A stretch of DNA of 64,000 bases from Ostrea edulis (GCF_947568905.1 NC_079168.1:12090001-12154000); one strand, 5' to 3'. Positions 36,845 through 49,005 are shown, counted from the first letter of the stretch. Made by a program: numbers and translations. The notes: generated by a model not told the origin, from the sequence alone.

Positions 36845-37045
36845 GAAGGTTGATAACAAGAGGAGTGTGATGATAAGAACTGTGATGATAAGAGAAGTGT
36901 AATGAGAAGAGGAAATATGATGACATTAGGAGTGTGATGACAAGAAGAGTTGTGATGATAAGAGGTGTAGGATGATAAAAGAAGAGGAAATGTGATAACA
37001 AGAGAAACTGTGATGACAACAGAAGCTGTGATGATGAAAGATGAT
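36845..37045. repeat. Degenerate continuation of the 18-bp minisatellite
   Basis: GATGATAAGAG / GATGACAAGAAGAGTTGT units. Confidence 0.8.
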
Positions 37046-39524
37046 AATGTACAATTCCTTAATAGGAGATTAAGTTTTATCACATTACAGTGAAATGTGA
37101 TTTTCTATTTGAATTTTAAAATCCTATACATTTACAATATATACAGTACCACAACCCAATGTCCGTAGTGATGCACAGTTTGCCTTCTTGGTGTACAGGA
37201 ATAAAGAGGACATTTCTAACAGAAGTTAATTATGCATTTGTCAACAGATGATCAACACAGTCCTATTCTAGGAACAGAAGTTACCCCTTAAACATATGGA
37301 ACATGAATTTCACAATTTTGGTAGGAAGTCGGTTGCTCATTACTTCTTCTTCCACTATGGAGTTGAACTCATGATTGAGTGTTGGGTAAACTCCAGCTCA
37401 GATAGGCTTTATAGCCAGTTGTCATAAACACTGAACATATTATTTGCATTTAGTCTCATCACTTTAAAACATTGTTGTGATGTCAGTTCTTTGTCTTGAC
37501 AGCACTTTATTTTTCATACTGTACTGAACATAGTCCAGTATTATTAAGAGCATGCAGGCCAACATTATGAGAAATACTGTTTTAGATAGAACAATGTTTC
37601 AAGTAAGATACAAGACTCTGTGCCAGTCCCGTATCTGACATAATAGACCATCTTTGTCTTGCATCCCTTACATAATCATGCAAACAATTTTCTGCTTGGT
37701 GTCCAGAAGGAAGGAAGATTTTCTCAAACTTATAGTTTGTCTGCCTGTCCAGGAGTAAATAAAACCTTCTGATATAATGCATTTTCAACATATGATCAAC
37801 TAAGCCCCACACTGGTGCACGTGAACCCAAGGGTCATAAAATTCACATTGTTCTGCTTGATGCCCAGTATAGCAAAGAAGATTTTCTAAGACATCATGTA
37901 TTATCATTACATAATGTATATGACCAATCTAACCCCACCCTGCTACCTGGACCCAGGGATCATTTGGTAGAGGGCTTAATGGCCATTATAATTGTGCAGT
38001 TTGCCACCATGACATTCAGATATGAAGAAGATTGTCTAAGATATAATGCATTTTCAATTTATGACCAACTTAACCTCATCCCAGGGCCTGAGCTCTGAAT
38101 TTAACCCAAGGGTCATGAATTTCAGTTTTTGGTAAAGGGTTCATTGCTCATTATAATCATGCCAACAGTATTTGTACTACCTGATGTCCAGAAGTAAAGA
38201 TGTATATTTTGTAAGATATAATGCATTTTTAATATATGATTCACTTAGCCCCACCCTGTGTCATGAACTCTGAACCCATGGATTTCAGTTTCCATTAAGG
38301 GTTAATTGTTTATTACAATCATGTCAATAGTTTGACTGCTTGATGTCCAGGAGGAAACTATATTGAAGATTAAATTAATTTTGATGTTTTGGCCACATTC
38401 CTTAGGCCCCACAGTAGCAGAGACCATGAATTTCACAATTTTTGTTCCCCTTGACCCATATATGTTACATACCAAATTTGGTCTTAATTGGTTCAGCCGC
38501 AAGAGGAGAAGCTGAAAATGTACAAAAGTTTATGACCAAAACATGATGGATGACTAAGTCCACCAATGATGACCTAAAAAAATGTCTTCCTTTTAAAATG
38601 AATACCTGATCTTCCTCATCTTTATACATACCAATTGTCATCAAAATCTATCCAACAACACAGAAAGCATTGTGATAACAATGTATGTTTGTACAAAGAC
38701 AAACAGATTGAAAGATGGAATGTACCAAACTGGTATGGACATTTGGAGAAGGGGGTGGGGATAATAAATATGGCTCTCCAAGAAACTGTCACATGATGGT
38801 TTCCTCAGAATAATGTTACACTGACAAAGGATCTGTAAATGAAACATAAAGCACTTTTTTTTCGATAACAATTTAATGTTTCTTTCTAGTTGTAAATATT
38901 ATGACAATGTTCTGTTCCATTTTTATTTCAAGTACATTTGTAAATGTAAACTTTTAAATGTTGGAGAATGACACCTGTAAATCAAGAAGAGAAAAACCAT
39001 ATAGAGTTCACACAGAGACATGATTAAATTCATAAAACAAGAAATTTATAAATAAATGTCTTGATTTGCAAATTGTACTTATACTTTAAATATTTGAAAC
39101 TTAGTGTAACGTATATTTTTCTAGCGTGATTAAATACTATTTACAACATATCACAGGAAATGCAGGCTTTTGGTCATTTAAGACAAAATTTTACATTCAA
39201 TATCATATTCACTCATACTTCGGAACTCACTATTGTGACTCATACATGCAAAACAGCATAACAAAATTAACCCACTCAGCAAGATATTATACATCATTCA
39301 GCCAATCACATATCCTTCGTTATCATTCCTCCATTGAAATAAAAAGTCTATAGAACATAAAAAAGTACAGTCTCTGGCCATAAAGAGTAGATTGTCTGAA
39401 TGAACAAGTTTCAGACTTTACAAAAAAAAGTTCTGTTGTAATGTCCAGTTCATTGAATCAAGCATAAGGACTGTAAAAGTGCAGTATTTTCTTGGACATA
39501 TTCTGTAAATCGCCTCTTAACAAC

Positions 39525-39530
39525 TTTATT
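39525..39530 (-). terminator. Candidate polyadenylation signal (AATAAA) for CFAP53
   Basis: TTTATT on the plus strand, about 300 nt beyond the CFAP53 stop. Confidence 0.4.
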
Positions 39531-39823
39531 GTTCTTTAAGTAAGCTCACTTTGCCAATAGAAAAATTTCATTCAAACATTTTGAAATATAAATAGATTGT
39601 GTGAAACACTAGATATTCTTGAAAATTGTGACTTGCAGATAAATATCGCAAGGCAAACTAACGGATATAAAGTCTCATGAAACATGAGTCCTTCACAGTA
39701 TTTCCTCAGTTAATAACATACATGTGTACATACCTCTACTGTCAAATAGTTTCACTTAGAAATACACATGTAATTTAAAAATCACGCTTTTTAAAAAACA
39801 AAGATAACAACAAGAGTGTTGAT

Positions 39824-40146
39824 TTAATGAGCACTATTTCTCATGGCCCTCCTCATGGGGTGGAGTTTGTCATACTCTGAATTATCCAGACAGTCCTTTA
39901 GGCGGATCTGATATTCCCGCTCAGCCTGCATTCCCAACAGAAACTCTTCCTCCTCTCGTTGATGTTCGTATTCCCGTAATTTCTGGTTGTACTCAATCTG
40001 GCCCTGGAGGTCTTTCTGGTAGTTAGCATTTTTCTGCCACAGTTTGGCAGCTTGCTGCTCCTCTAGCCGCCGGTTTTCTTCAATGGTGCTCAGGAGTTCT
40101 AGTCTCTCTGCTTCAGCTTGCCTCTGTTTCCTATCATTTTCAATCA
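39824..40146 (-). CDS. CFAP53: CFAP53 terminal coding exon 8
   Basis: attgcag|TG ATT GAA through the TAA stop. Ends ...YQKDLQGQIEY...KLHPMRRA..., matching the CFAP53 C-terminal HPMR motif. Confidence 0.93.
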
Positions 40147-40649
40147 CTGCAATTTGAAAAATAAGAAATAAACGAGTCATTTAAATTGGTTGTATTCTCT
40201 GCTTAGTACTTGATAGATATTTCTTCAAATGGAATAATTGAATATGTTTTTATCTATTTGTATAAATTAATGCTAATGCCCTCATGATTACGCAGCTGCC
40301 TCATTATTCATTATTAACACAGAAATGTAGACCAAGGTTTAAACCTTTGAAAAAACATTTAGATTCATGGTGCAGGACAGAGACACTTCAAGTTTTTTAC
40401 ATTCAGTTGTAGTTGTGGTAACACAAATTGTATGTAAATGGAAAAAATTTGCACAATCATAATCGGCACTGAGTATCATTAAGTATGATTAGAATTAAGT
40501 CAGGACTTTTCAAAGAAGAATCCGGGTCTATACTTTCTTTACTGATAATGTAGATCTTTCCTAGATATGAATGTATGTAATGATGTATGCCCTAAATATA
40601 TGGGATGGGATTTTCAGATAAAGAAATACAAATCAAATCCATGACTCAC

Positions 40650-40866
40650 ATCTTTCCTGGATTTGGACTGCTCGGCCAGCCATCACATCCTGTAGCAGTT
40701 TCTTCCTGGCCTGCCTCTCCAGCTGCCACTGGTTCAGACGTTTCTGCCACATCTTCTCTACTTCTTCATTCACCAGCTTCTCCAGCTCGCGTTCTTTGAC
40801 TTTCTCCTCCTCCATTAACTGGTGCAGATATTCTCTGTATCGCCTGTCCTCTTCACGTAATTCTCT
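40650..40866 (-). CDS. CFAP53: CFAP53 coding exon 7
   Basis: atttttag|AGA...AGAT|gtgagt. Encodes RELREEDRRYREYL...LERQARKKLLQDVMAGRAVQIQER. Confidence 0.92.
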
Positions 40867-41019
40867 CTAAAAATAATTATACATGAATCATAAGAAACTT
40901 TCTAAAAGAGAAATGCAAATTCAGGTACTATTCTCATACTACCCAGTAACAACTGAAATACACTAATGGTAACTAATTTCATGACAATCAGAATATACAA
41001 GATAAAATAACTCCCTTGC

Positions 41020-41238
41020 CTTTCTCTGGATTTGTTCCATAGCCTCATTCCTAGACTCCTCCAATAATTGTTCCAGAATTTTGAGGTCAAAGGCCAACTG
41101 TTCTTGCTCTGCCTTTGCCTTCTTCTTCATCTTCAGCTTCAGAGACAGATCCAGAATGTCTCTGGTTTCCTGCTGTTGTCGGAGCTTGTCCTCCCGTGCC
41201 TTGGCTTCCTCCATTTGTCTTAAGATGGCTTGTTCTCT
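41020..41238 (-). CDS. CFAP53: CFAP53 coding exon 6 (ends at a GC donor)
   Basis: aatacag|AGA...AGAAAG|gcaagg. Encodes REQAILRQ...QQETRDILD...EQIQRK. Phase 0 is needed for exon 7. Confidence 0.85.
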
Positions 41239-41542
41239 CTGTATTCAAATCAAAAAGATTTTTATTAGCATTCATGCTAGTCAAGTTAAAATTGAAGCAA
41301 ATTTGTATATATACAGTCTACAGTTTCTCAATACTGACTTAATTTCAGGGTTCTAAAACTGTAATGTTATCTGAAATACTACATAGCTCAATCTTGATGA
41401 AATATTACCAAGTAGTACATTATCATACCTTTTAAAAACAATATTAACACAAAGATTTACTTTCAATGTACTACATCATACTTTGATTAAGTATAACGTT
41501 CTTTCTAAATTAGGGACTTTAAAATTTTGATGTGCTACTCAC

Positions 41543-41693
41543 CAGAAGATGAGCCTCTTCCTCCTTCAGGCGCCGGGCTGCCTCCTTCTGCTCCTCCAGC
41601 GCTCCCATTTGTTTCCTTAGGACTGACAACACCTCCTGGTTTCTCTCATGAGCTGCCTGTGCATCTCTCTCCTCACGAGCAGCCTTAGCCAAC
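41543..41693 (-). CDS. CFAP53: CFAP53 coding exon 5
   Basis: ttatag|G...CTG|gtgagt. Encodes LAKAAREE...RLKEEEAHLL. Confidence 0.92.
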
Positions 41694-42080
41694 CTATAAG
41701 TAAAAAGAGAGGGGGAAATGAAAGTAGGACTGCAGGAAAAGAGAAACAACTCTGATATACTAACTTATTTATTAGTCCTAGAGAATTAAAAGGAAACCAA
41801 TCTAATTAAAATCAGATCCTTTGATGCACTTCAAATTAAGTGAGCAGATCAAAGATTTGATAATTTTGATTGGATCAGAAAAAAGAAAACCAGGAGCATA
41901 ATAAATTGAAGCAATGGTACAATAAACGCAACATGAAATCTGATGAATTTTATATCTGTGTTATGCACTGATGCACAAGAACCATCTTGTTACCATTTCC
42001 TATCAAATACCTTAAGAGGGAATAACCAAAATTCATAAAAAGAAGTGACAGAATCATAAAAATGATTGCATAAAACTTAC

Positions 42081-42233
42081 ATATCTTGCTCCCAGAGTTT
42101 GGCATACATGGCTTCGTGTTCTTTCTTCTCTCTCTCAATTTCTTCTTTGATTCTGAGTTGTTCTAATCTCTCTACGCATACCTCATCCTGTTGTCGCTTG
42201 GATAATGTTGACCGTAACTCTTCACATTGGTTT
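42081..42233 (-). CDS. CFAP53: CFAP53 coding exon 4
   Basis: tttccag|A...GATAT|gtaagt. Encodes NQCEELRSTLS...MYAKLWEQD. Confidence 0.92.
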
Positions 42234-42523
42234 CTGGAAATAAAATGGAATTGTCATTTTAGCATGTAACTGGTGAAAAATTACCATTTCTAATGTACTG
42301 TGAATCTCTCTCCTACACATTGTTCAAGTGCACAAAACTTTATGGTGAGTGAATTGGTAATCAATCTAACCACAGGTAATCTATTTTACAAACTTGTTGA
42401 GAAACATCAAACTACTGAACTCCTGACTGACAAATATGATTTGGTCCATATCTTTAAAAACTTTTGCCCCCTACTAATGTACTGGTACATATTGTATTTA
42501 CAAAGGATAAAAGTAATATATAC

Positions 42524-42697
42524 CTGAATTGCTGGTCATATTTCTCTTGAACAAAATTTAGTCTCTCTTCCTCTCTTTTGTCTTTCAGGAATTTGGCACG
42601 TTCTCTCATTTTAGCTTGACGCTCTAAAACTGTTTCCTCTTTGGCCTCCATTTCCCTCAAGAAACCCTGTTCTTCTGCTCTGAGCAATGCTCTTAAT
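42524..42697 (-). CDS. CFAP53: CFAP53 coding exon 3
   Basis: ctactcag|...TTCAG|gtatat. LRALLRAEE...KEETVLERQAKMRERAKFLKDKREEERLNFVQEKYDQQFR matches the CFAP53 KETIEEKKDRMREK...KLDQQFR region. Confidence 0.93.
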
Positions 42698-42856
42698 CTG
42701 AGTAGAAAATTGATAATGTTATCGTAAAAGCATGGATCAAGGAATCTGAATCAGGTCAATTACCAATATAAACCACAAGGCTATGAAATCAATGACAGAC
42801 GATCTTAAAATTACAAGTAGTCTATTGTACAAATTCAACAAAATATTGTTCCATAC

Positions 42857-43086
42857 CTTTCTCTCCTATCTTCAATTGTGAACTGACTAGCTAATAAGAG
42901 ACCATCCACCTTCCGTTTAACTGTGTTCAATTTGATTTTTCTGTCAGTTGTTCTCTCCCATTCATTTTTCAGATCATTGAATTCCATATACTGTGTATTT
43001 TTTCTATAATTATCTAGCATATCTTCTTTTTTTCTTCTCTCTAGAATCAAATATTCTGGTGGTCTGACATTTGGAGGTCTTGCTTT
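42857..43086 (-). CDS. CFAP53: CFAP53 coding exon 2
   Basis: tttacag|AAAGCA...GAAAG|gtatgg. Encodes KARPP...DLKNEWERTTDRKIK...FTIEDRRER. Confidence 0.92.
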
Positions 43087-43956
43087 CTGTAAAACAAAAA
43101 GTTTGATTTTAGCATAGATTGTATTCAACCTACTTATTTTACAATGAAAATAAAATGAAATGTTATCATTTCAAATGTAGTATAAATAACTGAAATAGCA
43201 TGTCCCTAAATTTGTTATTAATGAAGAGGAAAAATGATTTATTTTGATTTCTCAATTTTTTTTTAAAAACATAGTATGCAAAGCAAAACTAAGACATGTT
43301 TAAAATAGGTCCCAGAGTTAGAAAGTTAAAGTAAGATTAAGAGTTATCACTCTTAGTTCGAGAATAAAATTTATGTTGAAATGAAAAAAAAAATAATTCA
43401 ATCCTAATTAAGTTGTTCTGATACCTGGAATAAGCATAATCATTTTAAAAATTGTGTTTCTGCTGCAATGGGTATTCTGAGGCATTTTCGTGTCATTTTG
43501 ATCAATCAAAGTGTCATCTACATAACTATAATCATGCCAATTCAATAATTCGAACCACAAATGATATCTTTATAAAATTTTCAAAAATAATGTAAGGTCT
43601 AATTTCTAACATTGTTCCTCTCCCCTTTTTTGTCTAACCTGGAAAAAATGCCCCAATTTGTTTACACTCTTTCTCAAGAAATACATATTTTCTATTTCAT
43701 AGTAGTCTTAGATTGACTTGTAGTCTTTTGCAATCATTTGCTATGGGGGACCAAAATTTAATCAAATTTAAAGAACTTCTAGTTTTATACTTTCTTTGTA
43801 TCAAGAGATGTAGATACTCTAAAGAAAATGAAAGCATTTATTTACTTGAGGGGATCGACCCTCCAATAAAATCTTAGTCTAATCTAAGTGAATATGTACA
43901 AGGGTGAAAAATCTGCTTCACATTGCATTCTGTCTCGTTGTAAAACTTTTACTTAC

Positions 43957-44022
43957 GATAGCGACTGAACTAGGTGTTGGACCCGTCACCTCGCGGGTCC
44001 TGCGGGGTCTCTGGACCATCAT
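43957..44022 (-). CDS. CFAP53: CFAP53 coding exon 1 of 8 (MMVQRPRRTREVTGPTPSSVAI)
   Basis: ATG at 44022 and donor ATC|GTAAGT. Resembles the human CFAP53 N-terminus (QREVKGPTPKVVIV). The whole model totals 1533 nt, about 510 aa, with consistent phases. Confidence 0.85.
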
Positions 44023-44214
44023 TTTGAGGAATTGAAAATGATGGCTCTTTGTGTCCTAAAATATGTCAATAAGCACGATCTAACAAGGGATTTTGCATCA
44101 AAGGAAGTAAAACATTAAGAATAATTTACTTGAAATAGAGAAATGCCAAGTTTATAAACGAAACAGAATTGTATTTACATACCCAATTTATTGACTGTAG
44201 AGGTTGTTGCACAG

Positions 44215-44285
44215 CGTAACCAGGAAGTCAAGGTAATCTCGCGAGAACATATTTACTAGAGACTTCCGGTAGAAGAGCGGAAAAT
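44215..44285. promoter_or_regulatory. Putative bidirectional CFAP53/SKA1 core promoter
   Basis: Locally CpG-rich. CAGGAAGT at 44221, TCTCGCGAGA palindrome at 44237-44246 and GACTTCCGGT (reverse complement ACCGGAAGTC, an ETS site) at 44261-44270. About 200 bp upstream of the CFAP53 ATG, between the divergent genes. Confidence 0.6.
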
Positions 44286-44514
44286 TCAAAAACGATAAAA
44301 CCTGAGAGCCCGTTCAATTTTAAGAGCATTAACTCTGGGAAAAGACAAGCATTTGATATCATATATGTATTGAGATAGGTTTGTAAATATTGAAATTAGT
44401 GTGTTTTTACTCTTTTACCCTTTTAGAAGAATTGTTGTGGAGGAAATTCAAGTTGTGTACACAAATGTCAACAGTTTGGTAGCTGGATACAGTTAATCAC
44501 TTAATGAATAATAT

Positions 44515-45080
44515 GTTTTACGGCGTGACCGTGTTTGAGGGCGAAGCAAACAAATTTTGGCATTGGTATCTATATCCAAAACAGAACAAAAACAACCTGA
44601 AGTTAGTACGAGGACGGATCTGTATCAAAGCATCCTAATTTTGGATATTTGATCCTCCTACATATCGAACGCGGGAAATATAACGCAATTGATGTAAACA
44701 GTACATTGTGACGTCATATTCAGCGTCGTTATTTAGGAAATTTACAAACATAGCGTTTGAACCACAACAACAAACATGGCGTTAATCGTGGAGTGATTAT
44801 ACATGATTAAGAAAATAAGATTTACATGCTTTTACGAATTTTATGTAACATCTCAGAACGACGTGAACTAGGGTAGACGAGATTCAAAATGGAGAAATAC
44901 ATGTCCACGCGATAATATTCGAATCGACGCCATTAGTACCAAACTTTTCAAGTTCCATAGGTATGGTTTAATTTTCATTATTTCCCTATATTTTCCTCTT
45001 AAACATGTATATACGTGTTACCTATAGGGAGAGCTCCGCTCTCACGGCCCTTTGGGCCGTGAGAGGGCTTTGCCCTCTAA
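44515..45080 (+). mobile_element. Helitron-like non-autonomous repeat, copy 1
   Basis: Diverged direct copy at about 46880-47403. 3' 12-bp hairpin CTCTCACGGCCC-TTT-GGGCCGTGAGAG (45039-45065). Confidence 0.5.
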
Positions 45081-45207
45081 TAATATATATATATATATAT
45101 TAAGATCAAATTTTTGTTTTAAAAAAAATCTGTAGATTGTTTGGTAAAAGATTCTTACACTTCTTGTAGTACCTTCTTATAAATGTTTGTGTACACTCCT
45201 GTAGTCC

Positions 45208-45809
45208 TAGTCCGAAATATCTGACGTTTTCCTGGCTTTTTTATGATTTTGATATTTTCCGTGCCAGGAAAACGTCAGAACCGGCGCCATTACGTAAACT
45301 GGAAAATCGCCACCTCCAGCTGGAGGCAGCATTCTCGGGCTGATTTTAAATACTTTGGAGTCGAATTCAATGCTAAACTAATAACTAATCAATAAAACGA
45401 TGCTTCTTGTACTTACTAATATCGATTAAAAGAAAATATCACCCCAGAATTCGATAACAGAAGCACACAATTGTAGTCAACCAAATTTTCGCTGTCATTT
45501 GAGCGAACGATTCACGTGACTCAAAACAGCTCAACAGTTTGCTAAAATATTTTCATGAGGCTATTTATGTGAGGAAAGAACCCATAAAATCGATATTAGT
45601 AATAGTACAAGAGGCATCGTTTTATTGATTAATTATTAATTTAACATTGAATTTGGCTCGCAAGTATTTAAAATTGGCCTGAGAATGCCGCCTCCAACTG
45701 GAGGCGGCGAATTTCCAGTTTATGTAATGGTGCCGGTTCTGACGTTTTCCTGGCACAGTAAATATCAAAATCATAAAAAAGCCAGGAAAACGTCAGATAT
45801 TTCGGACTA
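45208..45809. mobile_element. Long-TIR MITE (602 bp) with 9-bp TSD-like flanks
   Basis: TIR TAGTCCGAAATATCTGACGTTTTCCTGGC, mirrored for more than 200 bp. Flanks CTGTAGTCC / CTGTAGTCT. Confidence 0.75.
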
Positions 45810-46879
45810 CTGTAGTCTGTACACTCCCATTGTATCATGCGTCCAAAGAAAACTTGTAGCTAGCATGATGCAATGAGACACCAAGCTACAGAGAGGTTGC
45901 ATTTAACGAACCACTTTGTAGTTCGGTGCAGATAACTCCAGCATTTTTTACCTTTTTGAGTTGCAAGGGTCATGATGACCCTCTATGGCTGAATTCAGGA
46001 GTCAAAAATTAATTTAAAACATTTCATTTTGATCTTTACTATATAGGTACACTACGATAGAGTGTTTTCTTCATGAAATGAATAGATATTGGTTCAATGC
46101 ATATGAAGTAAATACCATCATGATTTATCACTTTGAAGTTTCTATAGGTTACTTGTCATCATATCATGTCTCTTTGTCACACTGATAGTTTACATCATGT
46201 ATATCTGATCAATGTTAGAAGGTATAGTTATTAAATAATAAGGACCTTTTTGCGTATTTCGTGCCACCGTTATGAGTTACATCAAGTCACAGGAGTACGC
46301 AGTTTTATCTAGGGTCTACAATGTAAACAACAACCACGGGAGCTTTGTTAGTGCTCACGAAGCTCAGTGGTTGTTGCTTAAATTGTAGACCTTTACAGAT
46401 GAAACTTGTGACCCCTGTGATTGAGACCATGTGCATGTAGACCTTTACAGATGAAACTTGTGACCCCTGTGATTGAGACAAACTTGTGACCCCTGTGATT
46501 GAGACTTGTGACCCCTGTGATTGAGTGCATCCTGATCATCTATGGGATTGTTTTCTGGATTTGTCTGTTGGTGTTTTATTATCTAAAATTGAGAACAACG
46601 TCGCAATGTTGAAACACAACTTAAAAGCTGGTTCTCTGCCTTTATGCTTATTATACTTCTGGGAAAGAACATTGAACTCGATCGCAAAATGTGAACCTTG
46701 TCTATTTTTGTCTGCATCATGGTGACCCTTTGCATGATGTTTTTGGGGGTAAAAAAGTATTTTTTTATGCGTAAATTACACAGAAATTTGCGTTAACGGA
46801 AACACTGAACTTGTACACTAGTTTGAGTTAAATCTCATATACAACATGATTGGTGGTACCTTAAACTTAAACTAAATAT

Positions 46880-47403
46880 ATGTCTTATGGCATGACCATT
46901 TTTGAGGGCGAAGCAAATAGTATTGGCATTAGTATCTACATGATGACATCCATAACAGAACAAAAAATATCACAAAGTTAGCACCTGAAGTGTGAGGACA
47001 GAGTTCTATTAAAGCATCCTAACACCCTGTTACATGACTTTAGACGTTTGATCTGCCTATTCATAGAACGTGGAAAACATAATGCAATTGATGTAAACAG
47101 TGCATTGTGATGTCATGTTCAGATGATTAAGAAAATATGGTTTACATGCTTTTATAGATTTTACGTAACATCCTGGAATGACATGAACTTAGGTACATGA
47201 GATTCAAAATAGAGAAATAAATGTCCTCGCGCTTGCATTCGAATCTACGCCATTTTGAACAAAAAATTCAAGTTCGAAAGGTATGGTTTAATTTTTCATC
47301 ATTTTTCTGTTTTCCTTTTTAACATGTATATATATGTGTGTTACCTATAGGAAGAGCTCTGCTTTTACGGCCCTTCGGGCCATGAGAGAGTTTTACCCTC
47401 TAT
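46880..47403 (+). mobile_element. Helitron-like non-autonomous repeat, copy 2 (more degraded)
   Basis: Collinear with 44520-45080, with a degraded terminal hairpin. Confidence 0.5.
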
Positions 47404-47689
47404 TATACTTATCATTTCTCAATAATCTGACACCCATTATTTAAAAATCTTTGAATAATAACAATGCTGCCTCCTTTACCTAAGTACAAGTCAATTGGCA
47501 TCAGGTAAATTTGGCAATTGAAGATAAAGTGAATTCAGTACCAGGTTCACTCGTCAACTAGTGAATTCAGCATCAGAATCTGGTCAACTTGGCACTTGTT
47601 TTGGTTGACTTGGCACCTGTTTTGATATGAGTGTTTTATTGATTAGATGTTCGTATGTGAACTTTTATTTAAATATAAATTACTACATG

Positions 47690-48530
47690 CTTATAATTTT
47701 ACATCATTACAACATGCTTATAATTGTACATCATTACAATATGCTTATAACTGTACATCATTACAACATGTTTATAATTGTACATCATTACAACATGTTT
47801 ATAACTGTACATCATTACAACATGTTTATAACTGTACATCATTACAACATGTTTATAACTGTACATCATTACAATATGTTTATAACTGTACATCATTACA
47901 ACATGTTTATAATTGTACATCATTACAACGTGTTTATAACTGTACATCATTACAACATGTTTATAACTGTACATCATTACAACATGCTTATAACTGTACA
48001 TCATTACAACATGTTTATAACTGTACATCATTACAACATGTTTATAACTGTACATCATTACAACATGCTTATAACTGTACATCATTACAACATGTTTATA
48101 ACTGTATATCATTACAACATGTTTATAACTGTACATCATTACATCATGTTTATAACTGTACATCATTACAACATGTTTATAACTGTACATCATTACAACA
48201 TGTTTATAACTGTACATCATTACAACATGTTTATAACTGTACATCATTACAACATGCTTATAACTGTACATCATTACAACATGTTTATAACTGTACATCA
48301 TTACAACATGTTTATAACTGTACATCATTACAACATGTTAAAAACTGTACATCATTACAACATGTTAAAAACTGTACATCATTACAACATGTTTATAACT
48401 GTACATCATTACAACATGTTTATAACTGTACATCATTACAACATGTTTATAACTGTACATCATTACATTCAACATGCTTATAACTGTACATCATTACAAC
48501 ATGTTTATAACTGTACATCATTACAATATG
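47690..48530. repeat. 21-bp minisatellite (TTTATAACTGTACATCATTACAACATG core), about 40 copies
   Basis: Directly visible. Abuts the SKA1 acceptor at 48542-48543. Confidence 0.97.
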
Positions 48531-48549
48531 CTTTTAATTGTAGGACAGT

Positions 48550-48771
48550 ATGGAGTCGGACAGTTTGACAATGCTGATGAATCGTTTCTGTGAAAGGTTG
48601 GATGGAATTCGTTTCATGATTGACCTGAAAGAAAACAGAAGAAGTGAGGATGAGGAAGATTGTCAGGAGCACATCGAGCATCTCAGTGAGGAGACGGACA
48701 AACTCTTCAGAACTCTGACAGATATCAAGTCTGCTTTAAAACACAGACAACAGAAAGTGGAAGAAATGAAG
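48550..48771 (+). CDS. SKA1: SKA1 coding exon 1 of 5 (exon starts at 48544)
   Basis: aattgtag|GACAGT ATG...AAG|gtttga. N-terminal coiled coil MESDSLTMLMNRFCERLDGIRFMIDL. The full model totals 819 nt, about 272 aa, with consistent phases. Confidence 0.82.
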
Positions 48772-48904
48772 GTTTGAATGTCTTATCTGTGAAGAAGAAA
48801 TACCCAGAAATCAGTAGTGGAATTTGTAAAAGTTTTGCATCATGACTTAGTATACATACTGTATGATATTAGATGGATTTTATCATTTTTGGTTTCCCCA
48901 CCAG

Positions 48905-49005
48905 ACTTTGACCAGATTACTTGATATCAGCTGTCTCCAGCATTTGTTGGACAATGTTCCTCCACACCTCCCAAAGTCAGTGAAATCGGATCCACCACCT
49001 GTAAA
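48905..49005 (+). CDS. SKA1: SKA1 coding exon 2
   Basis: ttccccaccag|ACT...GTAAA|gtaagg. LQHLLDNVPPHLPK resembles human IEHLKENVPSHLP. Confidence 0.8.

Noticed and set aside
38605-38845. Minus-strand exon-like segment with a good acceptor and donor
   Set aside because: Stops in all frames apart from a 12-codon ATG tail, and no partner exons found.
40605-42269. Plus-strand ORFs overlapping CFAP53 exons
   Set aside because: Antisense shadows of the coiled-coil coding exons.
47627-48568. ORFs of 209-313 aa with 7-residue repeats
   Set aside because: Translations of the 21-bp array upstream of the SKA1 acceptor.
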